A stretch of DNA of 64,000 nucleotides from NCBI GenBank assembly GCA_963783655.1, contig CAWAOA010000005.1:95331-159330 (forward strand), in the 5' to 3' direction. The notes beneath the pieces are model-generated. The model worked only from the letters and a program-made list of their open reading frames with translations. It ran no database searches and was not told the DNA's origin. This DNA comes from an uncultured Chloroflexia bacterium. GTDB lineage: Bacteria > Chloroflexota > Anaerolineae > CG2-30-64-16. The translations under genes and the position numbers were made by a program. This document shows, one piece after another, positions 40,519 to 52,379 of this stretch; within the stretch, counting starts at the first letter, position 1, and each line of letters opens with the position of its first letter.

Positions 40519-42043
40519 TTACCGGATAGACGTGGCAGGTTCCGGGCAGGGAAGGGGAGTATTGGGTCCGTTGCGCGCGTGCGCGTGCGGCACTGCCGAT
40601 TCTGCCCGCCGGGCCAGGGCGCGGAGCAGGCCGCCGAAGACAAAGCGGTGGACCGGAGTCAGGAGGATCCAGGACAGAGCGCCCCAGAGTCCCTTGGGAG
40701 CGAAAAGGTTCGATTGCACCAGAAGAGTCTTCTGGTCCGGCTGCGGTATGGCCTCGAAGCTCAGCCATGCCGTCCCCGGCAGGGACATGTCCGAACGCAG
40801 CCGCAGGTGCCGGCCCGGGTTCCAGAGCATCGACTTGCCACAGGTCAACCACATCACCCAGCCTTAGCGCTGATGGATGGCTCCGTCCCCTCGCTCCGGG
40901 ACCGCCCACCAGGCGATCCAGCCACGCCCGGAACAGCCAGAGCCCGTTGGCATAGAGCCAGCCGTTACTGCCCCCCAACCGGGTAAACTGCGCATAGACT
41001 TCAGCCGGCGGGGCATCGACAAGCTTCTGGCGCCGCTCGACAAACATGCCCTGGACGTCGGCACGAGCCACGGGCGGTCCGCATGGCTCCGGCGCAGGAA
41101 ATGCGGGCAGTCCCGTGCTCGGGACGTGCGCACTGCTCAGAGCGGCCAGCGCCTGCTCCAGAGCGGCTCGGTAACCGAGCGGGGTGATGTCGGGAAACAG
41201 CGCTCGGGCTGACGGGTCGTTTACGACGACCTCGTTGCGCAGACCGTCAATGAGAGGGCGGGCGATCGCCGGAGAAAGCGGCGTCACCAACCCAACCCAA
41301 TGGGAAGACAGGCGCGGGGTCAACACCGGCACTGGCAGTAGCCGGCGTTGTAAGCCTCGCGCCCGGGCGTAGCCGAGCATCAGTTCGCCATACGCCAGGA
41401 TGTCGGTCCCACCGATCTCGATGACACGGCCGGCAGACGCGGGGACGGACGGCGCGGCGCTCAGGTAAGCAAGCACGTCGCGGATCGCGATTGGCTGCAC
41501 GCGGGTATAGACCCAGCTCGGGCAGATCATGACCGGCACCCGCTCCGTCAGGTAGCGGATCATTTCAAAGGATGCGCTGCCCGCACCGACGACCACCGCC
41601 GCGCGGAACTCGGTGACAGGCACGCCGCCTGCGCTTAGCGCATGACCGGTGTCTTGCCGGGAACGCAGGTGCGAGGAGAGATCCGTGTTCGGGTCGCCCA
41701 GCCCGCCGAGATAGATGATCCGACCGACACCGGCTGCAGCCGCGGCGCGGCCGAAATCTTCCGCCGCCTTCACATCACGGGTGGCGAAGCTCCCGCCGTC
41801 CAAAAGGCTGTGGATCAGGTAATAGGCTACGTCAACCCCTGCCAGAGCCTCAGCCAGGCCGGCCGCATTCCGGACGTCACCCTGCGCGACCTCAACTTGC
41901 GGCAGCCAATCCCGACCCTGTAAACGTACCGGCTCACGTGCCAGAACGCGTACCCGGTGACCGCGGCGCAACAACTCGGGTACCAGCAATCCCCCAATGT
42001 ACCCCGTGGCACCGGTTACCAGGATCGAAAATGTATTGGACAC
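40519..42043 (-). CDS. NAD(P)H-binding NmrA-like/SDR protein fused to a DUF2867 domain; frameshift near 40850
   Basis: ILVTGATGYIGGLLVPELLRRGHRVRVLAR...; C-terminus ...LSFEAIPQPDQKTLLVQSNLFAPKGLWGALSWILLTPVHRFVFGGLLRAL. Confidence 0.6.
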
Positions 42044-42185
42044 GTATGCCTATCCCCTGACTACCTCATTTGTATGTATCTAGAAATCTACACTATATCT
42101 ATACATAATTCATGTAGGGAAGCGTACCTACCTCTCACCTTGCTTTGCCGGGCGGCAATCCTATACAATATCTTTACAAGTCCCG

Positions 42186-43072
42186 TCAGCGGTTCCCAGG
42201 CAGCGAACGCAGGAACAGCCGCACGGCTTTCAACTCGTCGTCGGTCATTCTGCCGAAGTACTTCCATGGCATATCCTCATCGAGCTTCCGCCCTTCCGGT
42301 GTTACTCCGGTACGCATGGTTGATATGAAGTCCCCCTCTGACCAGACCCCCACCATACCGAGGCGCGTCAGGTTTGGGGTCTGCACTTCCTGGCCCGGAG
42401 GGCCGAACGGCATACCCTCCGAGATCGACTCCATGGCACTCAGTACAGGTGCCGGCCAGCAATCCCCCGTAGGCCTCGGTGACGCCCGCCGGCGGAGGAT
42501 CTGGGAAGGGAGCGTTGTGGTCGATCCGATCGGCGGGCAGCGGGGGCAACATGCCTGCCCCCGCCATCACCCGCGCCATGGGATCGATCCGCCGGGCGGG
42601 CAGCCGGTTGTCCACCGGAGGCAGGGCTTTCAGGTAGGCGATCAGGGCGCCCATGTCCTGCGCGCCGAACTTCCGCACTTCAGGGGACGGCATGAAGAAC
42701 AGAGCGCGCCCGTCCGCACCCACGCCGTGCGCAATCGCCCGCACCCAATCCTCTTGGCGTGTAGGTACCGCCGATCCCGCCGGCTCCCGCCGTGAGGTTC
42801 GGGGATGGGATACTCAGAAGGCCGGGCGCGTCGAAGTAGAGCTGGCCGGCCAGGTTGTCTGCGTGGCAGCGCGTGCAGAGCAGGATCGTCGCAAGGTGCT
42901 CGCCGCGTTGAATCGAGCCGGCATCGGTGGGAACGCTGATAGGTTGCGCCGCGACGTCGTAGTTCTTGCCGAGCTTTGCATTACCCACCAGATAGAGGAC
43001 CACCGCGGCCACGACGAGCAGCCCCAGGATACCGCCCAGGACAATGCCCACCCACTTCAGGATTCGTCGCAC
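42186..43072 (-). CDS. membrane-anchored diheme c-type cytochrome; 2 frameshifts
   Basis: TM anchor WVGIVLGGILGLLVVAAVVLYLV. Heme motifs CTRCH and CTECH. C-terminus ...MPWKYFGRMTDDELKAVRLFLRSLP. Confidence 0.65.
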
Positions 43073-43189
43073 GGTTCGATACTCCTCAATGACTCACGTC
43101 GAGCGCTGCTATCCCTCGCACTGAAGGATCGCCTGGTGATCAGATGACCTTGTGAAAGAACAGATGGGTCGCAACTTCCCGGCCTCCCA

Positions 43190-43615
43190 TCAGCGACTGA
43201 TCGACGGCGCCAACTCCGCCTGAACAGGAACGGGCGCCTGGACTTGCTGTGTGAGCGGCCGGGCCCGGCGTGCCAGGTTCAGGCCCAGGGCGAAGTCGAC
43301 GAGCGCCATCACGGGGTGGAACGCGGCGGCAACCGGCACCGACAAGCGCATGAAGATCAGAATGTCGGCCTGCAATATGTATACGCCGAACAGCAGCCAG
43401 GTCAGCCTCTTTACTCTCCCCGGCATCCTTCCCAGATACATGCTGACCAGCATCAGAAGTAGAGGCATAGAGAGAGTGTGGCCGAGTCCGGCGTGGGCAT
43501 CCCAACCCATGCTCGCCGCGACGACCACCATGCCCGCCAGAAACACCTGTGCCACAACGCCGGCCACGAAGAGCCAGCCGGAACCAAGATAGACGAAGCG
43601 CGAGATGCGTATCAT
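43190..43615 (-). CDS. hypothetical integral membrane protein
   Basis: 4 hydrophobic helices. ATGA overlap with the upstream SRPBCC gene. Confidence 0.4.
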   Translation of the reverse strand: MIRISRFVYLGSGWLFVAGVVAQVFLAGMVVVAASMGWDAHAGLGHTLSMPLLLMLVSMYLGRMPGRVKRLTWLLFGVYILQADILIFMRLSVPVAAAFHPVMALVDFALGLNLARRARPLTQQVQAPVPVQAELAPSISR

Positions 43616-44082
43616 GTGATCCTCTCATCCAATCGACCTGAGGGCCGGACGGCGCCTTCGAGCAGATCCTTTGCATCGCCCAGGCCCACGGCTATGTTTC
43701 GGCGCAGACTGCTGGCAACCAGTGCCTCGGCCACCGAGAAGAAGCCGTTCGTTTGCATTTCGAGACGCTGGGTCACGACGGTGCTCCTGCCGTATGGCTC
43801 ATAGCTGGTAGAGCCGGTGACATCCAGAGGTCCCGCAACCGTCTTGAAGGTTTCCTTCTGGTTGGGGACAAAACCATTGATCTCGATGGTCGTTTCGGAG
43901 CGGCGGCTCAGGAACTTGTGTATCGCAGTGACCAGGGTGCCCACCCCGACCGAGCCGTCAGGGGTCACCCGAGCCTCGAGCAACCCCTCCTGCCATCGGA
44001 TATCGTTGCGATGATCGGTGAGGAATGCGAACACCTCCTCCACCGGGCGATTGATCATGACACTTTCCTCAACCTCGATCAT
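43612..44082 (-). CDS. SRPBCC-family (polyketide cyclase/dehydrase-like) protein
   Basis: ...INRPVEEVFAFLTDHRNDIRWQEGL.... Confidence 0.55.
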   Translation of the reverse strand: MIEVEESVMINRPVEEVFAFLTDHRNDIRWQEGLLEARVTPDGSVGVGTLVTAIHKFLSRRSETTIEINGFVPNQKETFKTVAGPLDVTGSTSYEPYGRSTVVTQRLEMQTNGFFSVAEALVASSLRRNIAVGLGDAKDLLEGAVRPSGRLDERIT

Positions 44083-44126
44083 TTGCAGAGCCCTCTCTCG
44101 CCTGTAGGTCAGCCCTCGCCTCCGGC

Positions 44127-45404
44127 CTACCCCTGGGCTGCAAGGCTTCCCACCGGCGCTCGTCTCATTGCCACGCTTTCCACCAACTCGACTGCATGAT
44201 CGATGCTGGGTTGGGCGTGCATCTCGTCCCGCAGGCGGGCGACGTTCTGCCGGTACGCCGGGTCGTCCAGGGTCTTCCGAGCGGCCGAACGGATGGACTC
44301 GGGCGACAGGTCTCCCAATTCGACCACCTCACCGAATTTCGCCAGCCGGCAAAGGCCGGCATTCATGAACTGATCTGCAATCAGCGGGACCATCACCATG
44401 GGAAGACCGGCGTCCAGAGTCTGGAGCACCGTATTGCTCCCGCCGTGCGAGATCACCAGGTCGCAATATGGAAACATCAGACTCTGAGGGATGTATCGCT
44501 CGATGTGCACGTTAGGCGGCTGTGGTCCGAAATCAGCCGGATCCTTCTCGCGCCCCAGCGTAACGATCAGGTTGACCGGCTCGTCTCGCAGGCCGGCGAT
44601 GATCGCCTGGAACACTGCCGGATAGTAGTTGCCCCCCGGCATGTTGTTCACCATGGTGCCCAGCGTAACGTACACCACCGGCTGGTCCGGCATCGCCCGA
44701 ACCCACTCCGGAAGGCCGGCGCCGTCGGCCTGATCGTAGAACTGGCGGCGGATGAAGTGCGTGTTGGGCGGAAGCGAACGCGGTTTGTCCAGGTCGATGC
44801 TGGCCAAGCTAGGCGGCGAGTAGCAGATCGAGAGATAGGGGTACAACGATTCCAGCGTGGGGTCGGGCGCGAGGCCCCAGCTTTGCCGGATGGGGTCCAG
44901 GTACTTGCTTGCCCCTTCCATCCAGACGCTTTCACCCTTTTCCCACATTCCCGGGCTCACGTTGGCATGAGGCAGGCCGAGATGCTCGGCCGCGATCACG
45001 GTCCCGACCGATGCCGACTCGCGGATGAGCATATCCGGACGCCAGCGGCCGGCCAGCGGCACCAGATCGGCCGCCAGCCGTCGCGGGCCGAGGTCGAGAA
45101 ACACCTGCCCAATGATGGCCCGCTCGCTCTCAGGTCCCGGAGGCATTGTGGCGAGTTGGGCCATGAGCCGGTGGAACTCAGGGTCATTCTGCTCGTCGAG
45201 TCCGGCGGGGAGGAACTCGAACCCGGCCGCTCGGATGGTGGGCGCGAAGGAAGGCGTGGCTGCAAAGGCAACCTCGTGACCGGCTTCCACCAGGGCGCGC
45301 GCGAGCGGCACCAAGGGGTGGAGGTGGCCATAGAATGGAGAGGTGGTGAACAAGAATCGTCGCGGGCGGTGCCCGTTTGAGTTACCGTTTGAGTTGCCGG
45401 CCAT
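44127..45404 (-). CDS. GT1-family glycosyltransferase (MGT/UDP-glycosyltransferase type), intact
   Basis: ...FTTSPFYGHLHPLVPLARAL... and C-terminal ...CDLVISHGGSNTVLQTLDAGLPMVMVPLIADQ... (UDPGT signature). Confidence 0.8.
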   Translation of the reverse strand: MAGNSNGNSNGHRPRRFLFTTSPFYGHLHPLVPLARALVEAGHEVAFAATPSFAPTIRAAGFEFLPAGLDEQNDPEFHRLMAQLATMPPGPESERAIIGQVFLDLGPRRLAADLVPLAGRWRPDMLIRESASVGTVIAAEHLGLPHANVSPGMWEKGESVWMEGASKYLDPIRQSWGLAPDPTLESLYPYLSICYSPPSLASIDLDKPRSLPPNTHFIRRQFYDQADGAGLPEWVRAMPDQPVVYVTLGTMVNNMPGGNYYPAVFQAIIAGLRDEPVNLIVTLGREKDPADFGPQPPNVHIERYIPQSLMFPYCDLVISHGGSNTVLQTLDAGLPMVMVPLIADQFMNAGLCRLAKFGEVVELGDLSPESIRSAARKTLDDPAYRQNVARLRDEMHAQPSIDHAVELVESVAMRRAPVGSLAAQG

Positions 45405-45610
45405 GTATTGACCTCATTTCTACCGTGTCTTGCTTCCCCCGGTAGCAGCCAGGCAGTAGGCGCTATCGAGTGATGTGTGCGTAGTGTAGCCGGCCACCGC
45501 GCGCTGCGCATCGGTTGAGGTAACAATCTTTTGCCGGCCGGTGGCGGGCATGTGGGGTGTTAGTTCTAACAAGGCGTGCAGAAACCGGGGACATGCCGGG
45601 TGGGGGGAAA

Positions 45611-48119
45611 TCAGACCAGCCCGTGCTCCATTGCGAAACGTACGGCCGCGGCGCGGGACGTCACCCCAATCTTGGCGTAGATCGAGGTGAGGTGGGCGTT
45701 GATGGTCCTCGGCGTCACGACCAGCCGTTCGGCGGCCTGGCGGTTCGTCAGCCCGTCGGCGACCAGCCGCAGTACTTCCATCTCGCGCGGGGTCAGCGCG
45801 TCGGGGCCAACAGACCTGTGTGATGACCCGGCAGCGTGACTGACCCCGGCGCTCGCGCCGCCGGCGGCGACCTGCACGCCTGGCAAACCGGCCTTCTCCG
45901 GAGAGCGGGCAGAGTATATGTCAAGCACGGACCCGGCGTATTCCTCGGCGAACGCTGCGATTTCGTCCACACTCATCGCCCGGGCTGCGGAGAACTCGCG
46001 ATCGAAATTCTCCTGTCCCATCTCCGCCTTCAGCTTTTCGCACATGGGCACAACGAGCGTATCCCACTGGATCGCGTTCACACCTATCACCTTGTCTTGC
46101 CAGGCAGCCATGGCGCCCAGAACCCGCGCGGCCACCATGGGGCCGTGCAACAACCGTCCAACTTCCAGATAGGCTACCGGCTGATAGGTTCCTGACTGAG
46201 AGGGCTGCTCCTGTACTGTTCCGTCTGCATCGAACTCGAAGCCCTGCATGAGCACGAGGTGTCCGATCAGGTTGCCATAGTCTCCGAGGGCCGTATGGAG
46301 GCGAACAGCCTCCAGCATCAGGCCGGCGGCTCGCGCCGGGTTTCCGAGCCTCTGTTCCACGCGCGCCAGGGTGCCCAGCGCAGTGGCCACATCGGGCAAG
46401 GAGCCCAGCGCGCGCCAGATGCCGAGGCTCTCTTCCAGCGCCGGTACCAGACCGTCGAGTCGCCCTGATTCGACCGACGCGATTGCGAAGATATGGAGCG
46501 CCGTCGCTATAGCCGCCGGATCGCCGGCCTCGCGAGCCTGCGCCAGGCTTTCTTCGGCGTACCGCCGGGCACCCACCAGGTCCATCGCCTGGAAACGCAG
46601 CCAGGCCAGGTCATTCAATCCGGTCGCGATGCCGACAGCGTCGCCTTGCTCTCGCCAGATGCTCAACGCCTCGCTATGGTAGCGCGTCGACTGCTCGAAC
46701 TCGTTGAGCGTGTGCGCCATGATACCCAGAGCTCTGAGCAGACGGGCTCGCAGCGGCCGCGGGAGGGACGCGCTGCCCGGCAGCATCACGATCCGTGTGA
46801 GCCAGCAGTCGGCCTCTCGATGGTAGGCACGGGTAGACCAGAAGCCGTACAGTGCGAGGGCCAGCCGGGCGCCCCCCTCGGCCCATCCGCTTTCGACAGC
46901 CCAATCGAGCGCCCCACGGTAATTGGCCTGTTCGCGCTCCAGACGCAGGTACCATTGCTGTTGCCCGGTCCCGCCCGCCTGAGAGCTACCCAGCTCCAAG
47001 AAACCGATATACCAATCATAGTGGCAGCGCGCGGTGCGCTCGAGCTCGCCGGATTGGTCCAACTTCTCCCGGGCGTACAGCCGAATCGTCTCGAGCAAAC
47101 GGTAGCGCCCGCCGCCGTGGTCCACCTGGACGAGTGACTTGTCTACGAGCCGGAGGACGGCATCGAGCACTTCGGCGGTGGGGATCTCAACCGCACAGAC
47201 AGATTCGGCCGCATCAAGCGTCCAATCCCCCGGGAAAACCGCGAGCCGCCGCAGGACCGCACTTCTCACGTTCGTCGAGAAGCGTGTGGCTCCAGTCGAG
47301 CAAGGCTCCGAGCGTCTTGTGGCGAGGCAGAACCGAGCGGCCGCCGGCGGTGAGCAGGCGGAAGCGCTGATCCAGCCGGGCGGCGAGCTCGGAGACGGAG
47401 ACGACACGCAGCGCTCCGGCGGCCAGCTCGAGAGCCAGCGGGATGCCGTCGAGCCGGGCGCAGACCTGGGCCACGGCCGCGGCGTTGCCGGCGTCCAGCG
47501 AGAAGGCAGGATCGGAGAGCCGGGCGCGATCGAGGAACAACTGGACGGCCTCGAACTGCATCATCTCCTCGGTCGAGGGCAGCGCCTCCGGGTCGGGGAA
47601 GGAGAGAAGCGGCACCCTGAAGGTGCATTCGCCCCCGATCCCCAACGGCTCCCGGCTGGTAGCCAGCACGCACAGGCCCGGGCTCGCGGCAAGCAGCGTG
47701 GCTGCGAGACGGGCACATTCGTCCAGCAGATGTTCGCAGTTGTCGAGCACCAGCAGGGTCTTGCGCTCAGCCAGGAAAGCGGGCAGCGAGTCATCGAGCG
47801 ACACGGCGGGGGTGGATTCGATTCCGAGCGCACGGGCGACCGTCTCCGCCACCAGCTCCGGCGTTGTGAGCGAGGCGAGATCAACCAGGAATGCGCCCTG
47901 CGGGTAGTCCTCAGCCAGAGCGGCAGCCGTTTCGAGCGCCAGGCGCGTCTTGCCGGAGCCGCCCGCGCCGGTCAGGGTGACCAGCCGCCGCTCGTGCAGC
48001 AGCCGCCTCAGCTCGGCCAGCTCCAGGCTGCGGCCGACGAAGCTGGTCAGCCGGTGGGGCAGGTTGTGGGGGGATCGCCCACCCACAGGTTGGGAAGCTT
48101 GCGACATACGACTCATCAA
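45611..48119 (-). CDS. large LuxR-family regulator with N-terminal NB-ARC/AAA (STAND) ATPase, TPR repeats and a C-terminal LuxR HTH; frameshift at about 47220-47400
   Basis: Walker A LTGAGGSGKTRLALE; LLVLDNCEHLL; TPR region; HTH LTPREMEVLRLVADGLTNRQAAERLVVTPRTINAHLTSIYAKIGV. Confidence 0.75.
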
Positions 48120-48349
48120 TCGAGAAAGCGTATCGATTTGAACGACGATTGTGAAGTGATTGTATGGCTAGAGGTGCGGGGTGTCAATGGCTCTGCGGGG
48201 ACGGGCGTATGGCGGGGGCGCACGAATTGCGGGTGGCCACGTGAACCGTAGGGGCTAAGCACCGGCTGGCTAGCAAGACCTTTGGGTGCCGGTGCTTCGC
48301 CCTGTCGCATGGCACGGACCATTCGCAGGAAAACCCGATCAACATGGCG

Positions 48350-49040
48350 TTGCGGCTCCGCACTGACGGCGATCTGCGCTTGCCTTCCCCTTTACTACCG
48401 TAGCTGCAAAGCAGCCGGCGTTAACCCCAAACAGGATGCGGCAGGCTCTGCTTCCGGCAGCTTTGCTGTCGCTTGACCGGCAGCGCTGCGGGAAGCAGCG
48501 CGATCGCGGTGCCCGGGGCGCGGCGCGGGCGCGTGGCCAAAGGGCAGCGGCGCGGGTGCGCACCGGATGCTCCGCCGCCGGCTTCGACGCGAAGCAGGTG
48601 CGCGACGGGGCGTCCTTCGAGACCCTCAGGATGGCTGTGCTAATTGTTGCCACCAATGCAAATGCTGCGCTCCAGGAACCCCGCACTTGGGTGCCACAGA
48701 ATGTCGATGCCCCTTGACCCGAGCATCGGCTTCGGCGCCAACAATTAGCACAACCATCCTGAGGGTCTCGAAGGACGCCCCGTCGTACGGCCATCTCGCG
48801 TCGACGGCTGGGCAGTGCAAGAATCCCGTTAGCCTGTGAGGTCTGTGTCGCCGCGCCGCGGCCATCGCAATCGCGCTGCTTCCCGGCGCGTTGCCGGGTA
48901 CCGATGGCACGGTAACACGCGCCTCGCGGACTCCCGCGCAGGTTTGTGCAATGCGACAGCAAAGCTGCCGGAAGCAGACCTCGCCGCGTCCCGTTCGGGG
49001 TTAACGCCGGCTGCTTTGCAGCTACGGTATCAAGGGGGAA
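48350..49040. repeat. about 690-bp long inverted repeat (arms of about 160-240 bp) with MITE-like copy D (48607-48784) at its centre
   Basis: The left arm 48370-48530 is the reverse complement of 48840-49030 with few mismatches. Centre GGGGCGTCCTTCGAGACCCTCAGGATGG...CCATCCTGAGGGTCTCGAAGGACGCCCC. Confidence 0.75.
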
Positions 49041-49086
49041 GGCAATTCCGGCCAACGGAGCGGAGCGCGCCGCCACGCGGGGCGGG

Positions 49087-52000
49087 TCATCCCGTGGGCT
49101 GCGGCGCGTCCGCCCCCAGCAGCTCTTCGCGTCGAGCAGATCAGCGGTGGTGAACCCTTCGGTGAATTTGGCGTAGACTTCGCCGAGGAGGCGCCGGCCG
49201 CGTTCGGCGTCGTCCCCATGCCGGAGCGCGCGGCACAGGCCGGCGGCGGCTCGCAGCTCGAGCATCGGTAGCTTGACCTGCTGCGCCGCGCGTACGGCTT
49301 GCTCGAAGAAGCTTACGGCCTCGGCAGCCCGATCGGTCGAAAGCTTTAGCATGAGCTCGCCCGCAAGCCGGAGAAACTCGGCCGATAGAATGTCTTCGTT
49401 CTCGGGTGCAATCATCGAGCTTGCCTGCTCCAGCAGAGCCAATCCTTGCTCGGGCCTTCCCGCCTGGCCGCACACCTCGGCCTGGATGTAGAGGAGCAGC
49501 GGCCAGAATACGGGTGGGGTGTTCAAGCCCTGGTACTGGTCTATCCCCTGGCGGACCTGCGCCAGGCCCTCCTCGGCCCTGCCCATCCTGGCCAGCGCGG
49601 CACCCGTGCAGGCAGGTGGCGACGGCCGCCCAAACCTGAAACTCATGTTCCTCTGCCACTGTCAAGCGCAGCCTGAGCGCGTTCTCGGGCGAGCTCTGCC
49701 TCCCGCCTCCACAGGTGGAGCAGGCCGGCGTGGAACAGCGCATAGGCCATGCTGTACGGGATGATCCAGCCTCGTGGCCAGGGCCACGGCGTCGTTTGCC
49801 CGTTCGACGCGCGCGATCCGTGAAGCCCAGCATCCAGAGAAGCAGAGCGGACACGTTGAAGCGACTACACGCCGGGATATTGCCGAGCTGGAAACGACGC
49901 GTGCCGAGCCGTTCTGCGATCGTAGCCTGCCATCGCTCTTTCCAGATGCTCCATGCCCAACTTGACGTCCTTATGGAAGGCAGTAGTTGTAGCCCATCAC
50001 GAGATGTCCCTCGACTCGCATGCTCGCATCGTCGAGGCGCTCGGCCAGGCTCAGGATCCTCTCCCCCATCTGAGCGCCTTTCTCGAATTGGCCCAGGTAG
50101 ACGTAGAGGCTGGCCAATCCTCGCAGAACGGGGAAGAGCTCGGGAATCGTCTCCCGCGCCTCGGAGAGCTCCAGGGCGCGCGTGTAGGCTGCCTCGACCT
50201 CCGCCGTGTAGCCTTTGATGGCCAGCAGCGCCCGGGCCAGGCTGGTCTGCAACACGATCTCCTGCTGGACGCGCTCCGGCGTGGATGGGGTGGAGGAAAG
50301 GACGTTCAGCAGATCGGCGGTCAGATCGACCGTTGCGTGGTACCATCCGCGCGCATCATTGAGCAGCCACAGGCTGTCGACGAACTTGCCGAGCTGCTCC
50401 AGGTCCCTTTGCTCGACCCAGTAGCGCCAGGCGGTTCGCACGTTCTCGATCTCGGAGCCCAGCTCGCTCGAGCGCCGCCTCCCGTCGCGTGGCCGGTCAG
50501 GCGCTCCCATTGGTGCTGGGTGAAGCCGGCAAAGTAGGTGGCGTGTGCCCGGCGGGCGGCGGCGCTGAACGCCGGGGTCCGCATCCAGCCGTTCGGCGGC
50601 GTATTCCCGGATCGTTTCCAGCATCAGCAGCCGGGACTCTCCGGCTTCCGGATCCACCTGCCGGATCAGGCTTTTATCCACCAGGGAAGCCAGCCCATCG
50701 AGGACGTCCACTCCGTATCGTCCAGGCGCTCGAGCCCGCCGGCCACGCCTTCGACCGCCTCGAACGAGATGCCGCCGGCGAACACCGACAGCAGCTCGAA
50801 CAGCCGCTGCTCGCCCGGCGTCGAGCAGCTCATAGCTCCAGTCGATGGCGCCGCGCAGCGTCTGTTGGCGGACGGGCAGGTCGCGCGCCCCGCCGCGCAG
50901 CAGCCTCAACCGGCTCCCCAGCCGTTCGAGCAGCGCCTGCGGCGAAAACAGGCTGATCCGGGCCGCGGCGAGCTCGATCGCCAGCGGCAGGCCGTCCAGC
51001 CGCACGCAGATCTCGGCGACCGCCGGCGCGTTCTCGTTGGTGACCTGGAAATCCGGCTTCACCGCCTGGGCGCGCTCGATGAACAAGCGCACCGCCTCAT
51101 ACTGGGTGAGTTGCTCGAGGGACTGCCGGGCTTGAGATCGACGCTGGGCAGCGCGAGCGGGGGGACCGGGAAGACATATTCGCCGCGCACGTGCAGCGCT
51201 TCCCGGCTGGTCACCAGCAGCTTCAGACTGCGGGCAATCTCGGAGCAGTTCCACCACCCTGGGCGCCGCCGCCGTGACCTGCTCGAAGTTGTCGAGGAGC
51301 AGCAGCATCTGCTTGGCTCGCAGCTGTGCCTTCAGCTCGTCGAGCAGCGGTCGGTCGCTGGTCTCCTTCAGGCCAACGCGTCTGGGCAATCGCGGCGAGG
51401 ACGGATTCCGGATCCCTGATGGGCGCCAGGTCCACAAAATAAACCCCATCCTCGAAGCGATCGATCAGCTCCGCGGCCGCCTGCAGCGCCATGCGGGTCT
51501 TGCCGATGCCGCCCGGGCCCGGTGAGGGTCAGCAGGCGCACGTCGTCGGAACGCAGGCGCGCGACGATCTCGCCCAGCTCCGCCTCCCGTCCGATGAGCG
51601 CCGTGGGCTGCGCCGGGAGGTTCGGTGGTGGGGGGCCGTCCGCTGCCCGGAGGGGTGGGAAGTCCGCCGGGAGATCGGGCGCAGTGAGCTGGTAGATCCG
51701 CTCGGGTGAGGCCATGTCTTTGAGGTGATGGACGCCCAGGTCGCGCAGTCCCAGGCCGGGTGGCAGGAAATCCCGCGCCAGCGCTTCGACGGCGGCTGAG
51801 ACGAGCACCTGTCCGCCGTGGGCGGCCGCCATCAGACGGGCGGCCCGGCTGAGCGTGAGGCTCGAGGCGTACTGGCCGGCGCGCAGGTCGGCCTCGTTCA
51901 CCTCTGCCGGCCCGGCATGGATGCCCATGCGGGCGAGCAAGCGGCTCGATGTCCTGCCACTTCTCGGCAAGCAGCGCCCGCTGCGCGGCAGCTGCCGCCG

Positions 52001-52240
52001 CCAGGGCGGCAGTTGCCGTAGCGAAGGCCGCGCAGAAGCGTCGCCCACGATCTGGAAGATGTAGCCGCCGTTGTCCTGGATGGCGTTCTCCAGCAGGCTA
52101 CGGTGGCGGGCCAGGGCTGCCGGCATGGCGGCCGGATATTGCTGCCAGAGCGCCGTGCTGCCCTGGATGTCAGTGAAGAGGAAGATGGTGGTGCCCGCAG
52201 GTGGGATGCGAGGCTGCGCGCCTGGCGAAGGGTGAGACAT
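49087..52240 (-). CDS. adenylate/guanylate cyclase (class III) domain fused to an AAA/NB-ARC ATPase and TPR repeats (about 1050 aa); several frameshifts
   Basis: N-terminus ...TIFLFTDIQGSTALW...YIFQIVGDA...; Walker A in the middle ORF; C-terminus ...AKFTEGFTTADLLDAKELLGADAPQPTG recovered by a 1-nt frame correction. Confidence 0.7.
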
Positions 52241-52379
52241 TCAGCCTCCCGCCGCTCGTGAAGGGACGGCGTTCCCGAATACGAGCCGTTTCCATACCCG
52301 CCACTGGCAACAGGTTGGGGAGGCACGCTAACACGCCGAGGAGGCGGTGTCAAGGGAAATCGGGTGGGCAGGCCAAAGT

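Noticed and set aside
45404-45611. Possible terminator or hairpin between the GT1 gene and the LuxR regulator (GCCGGCCACCG...CGGTGGCGGGC)
   Set aside because: The two halves are direct-ish, not reverse-complementary, so no stable stem forms.
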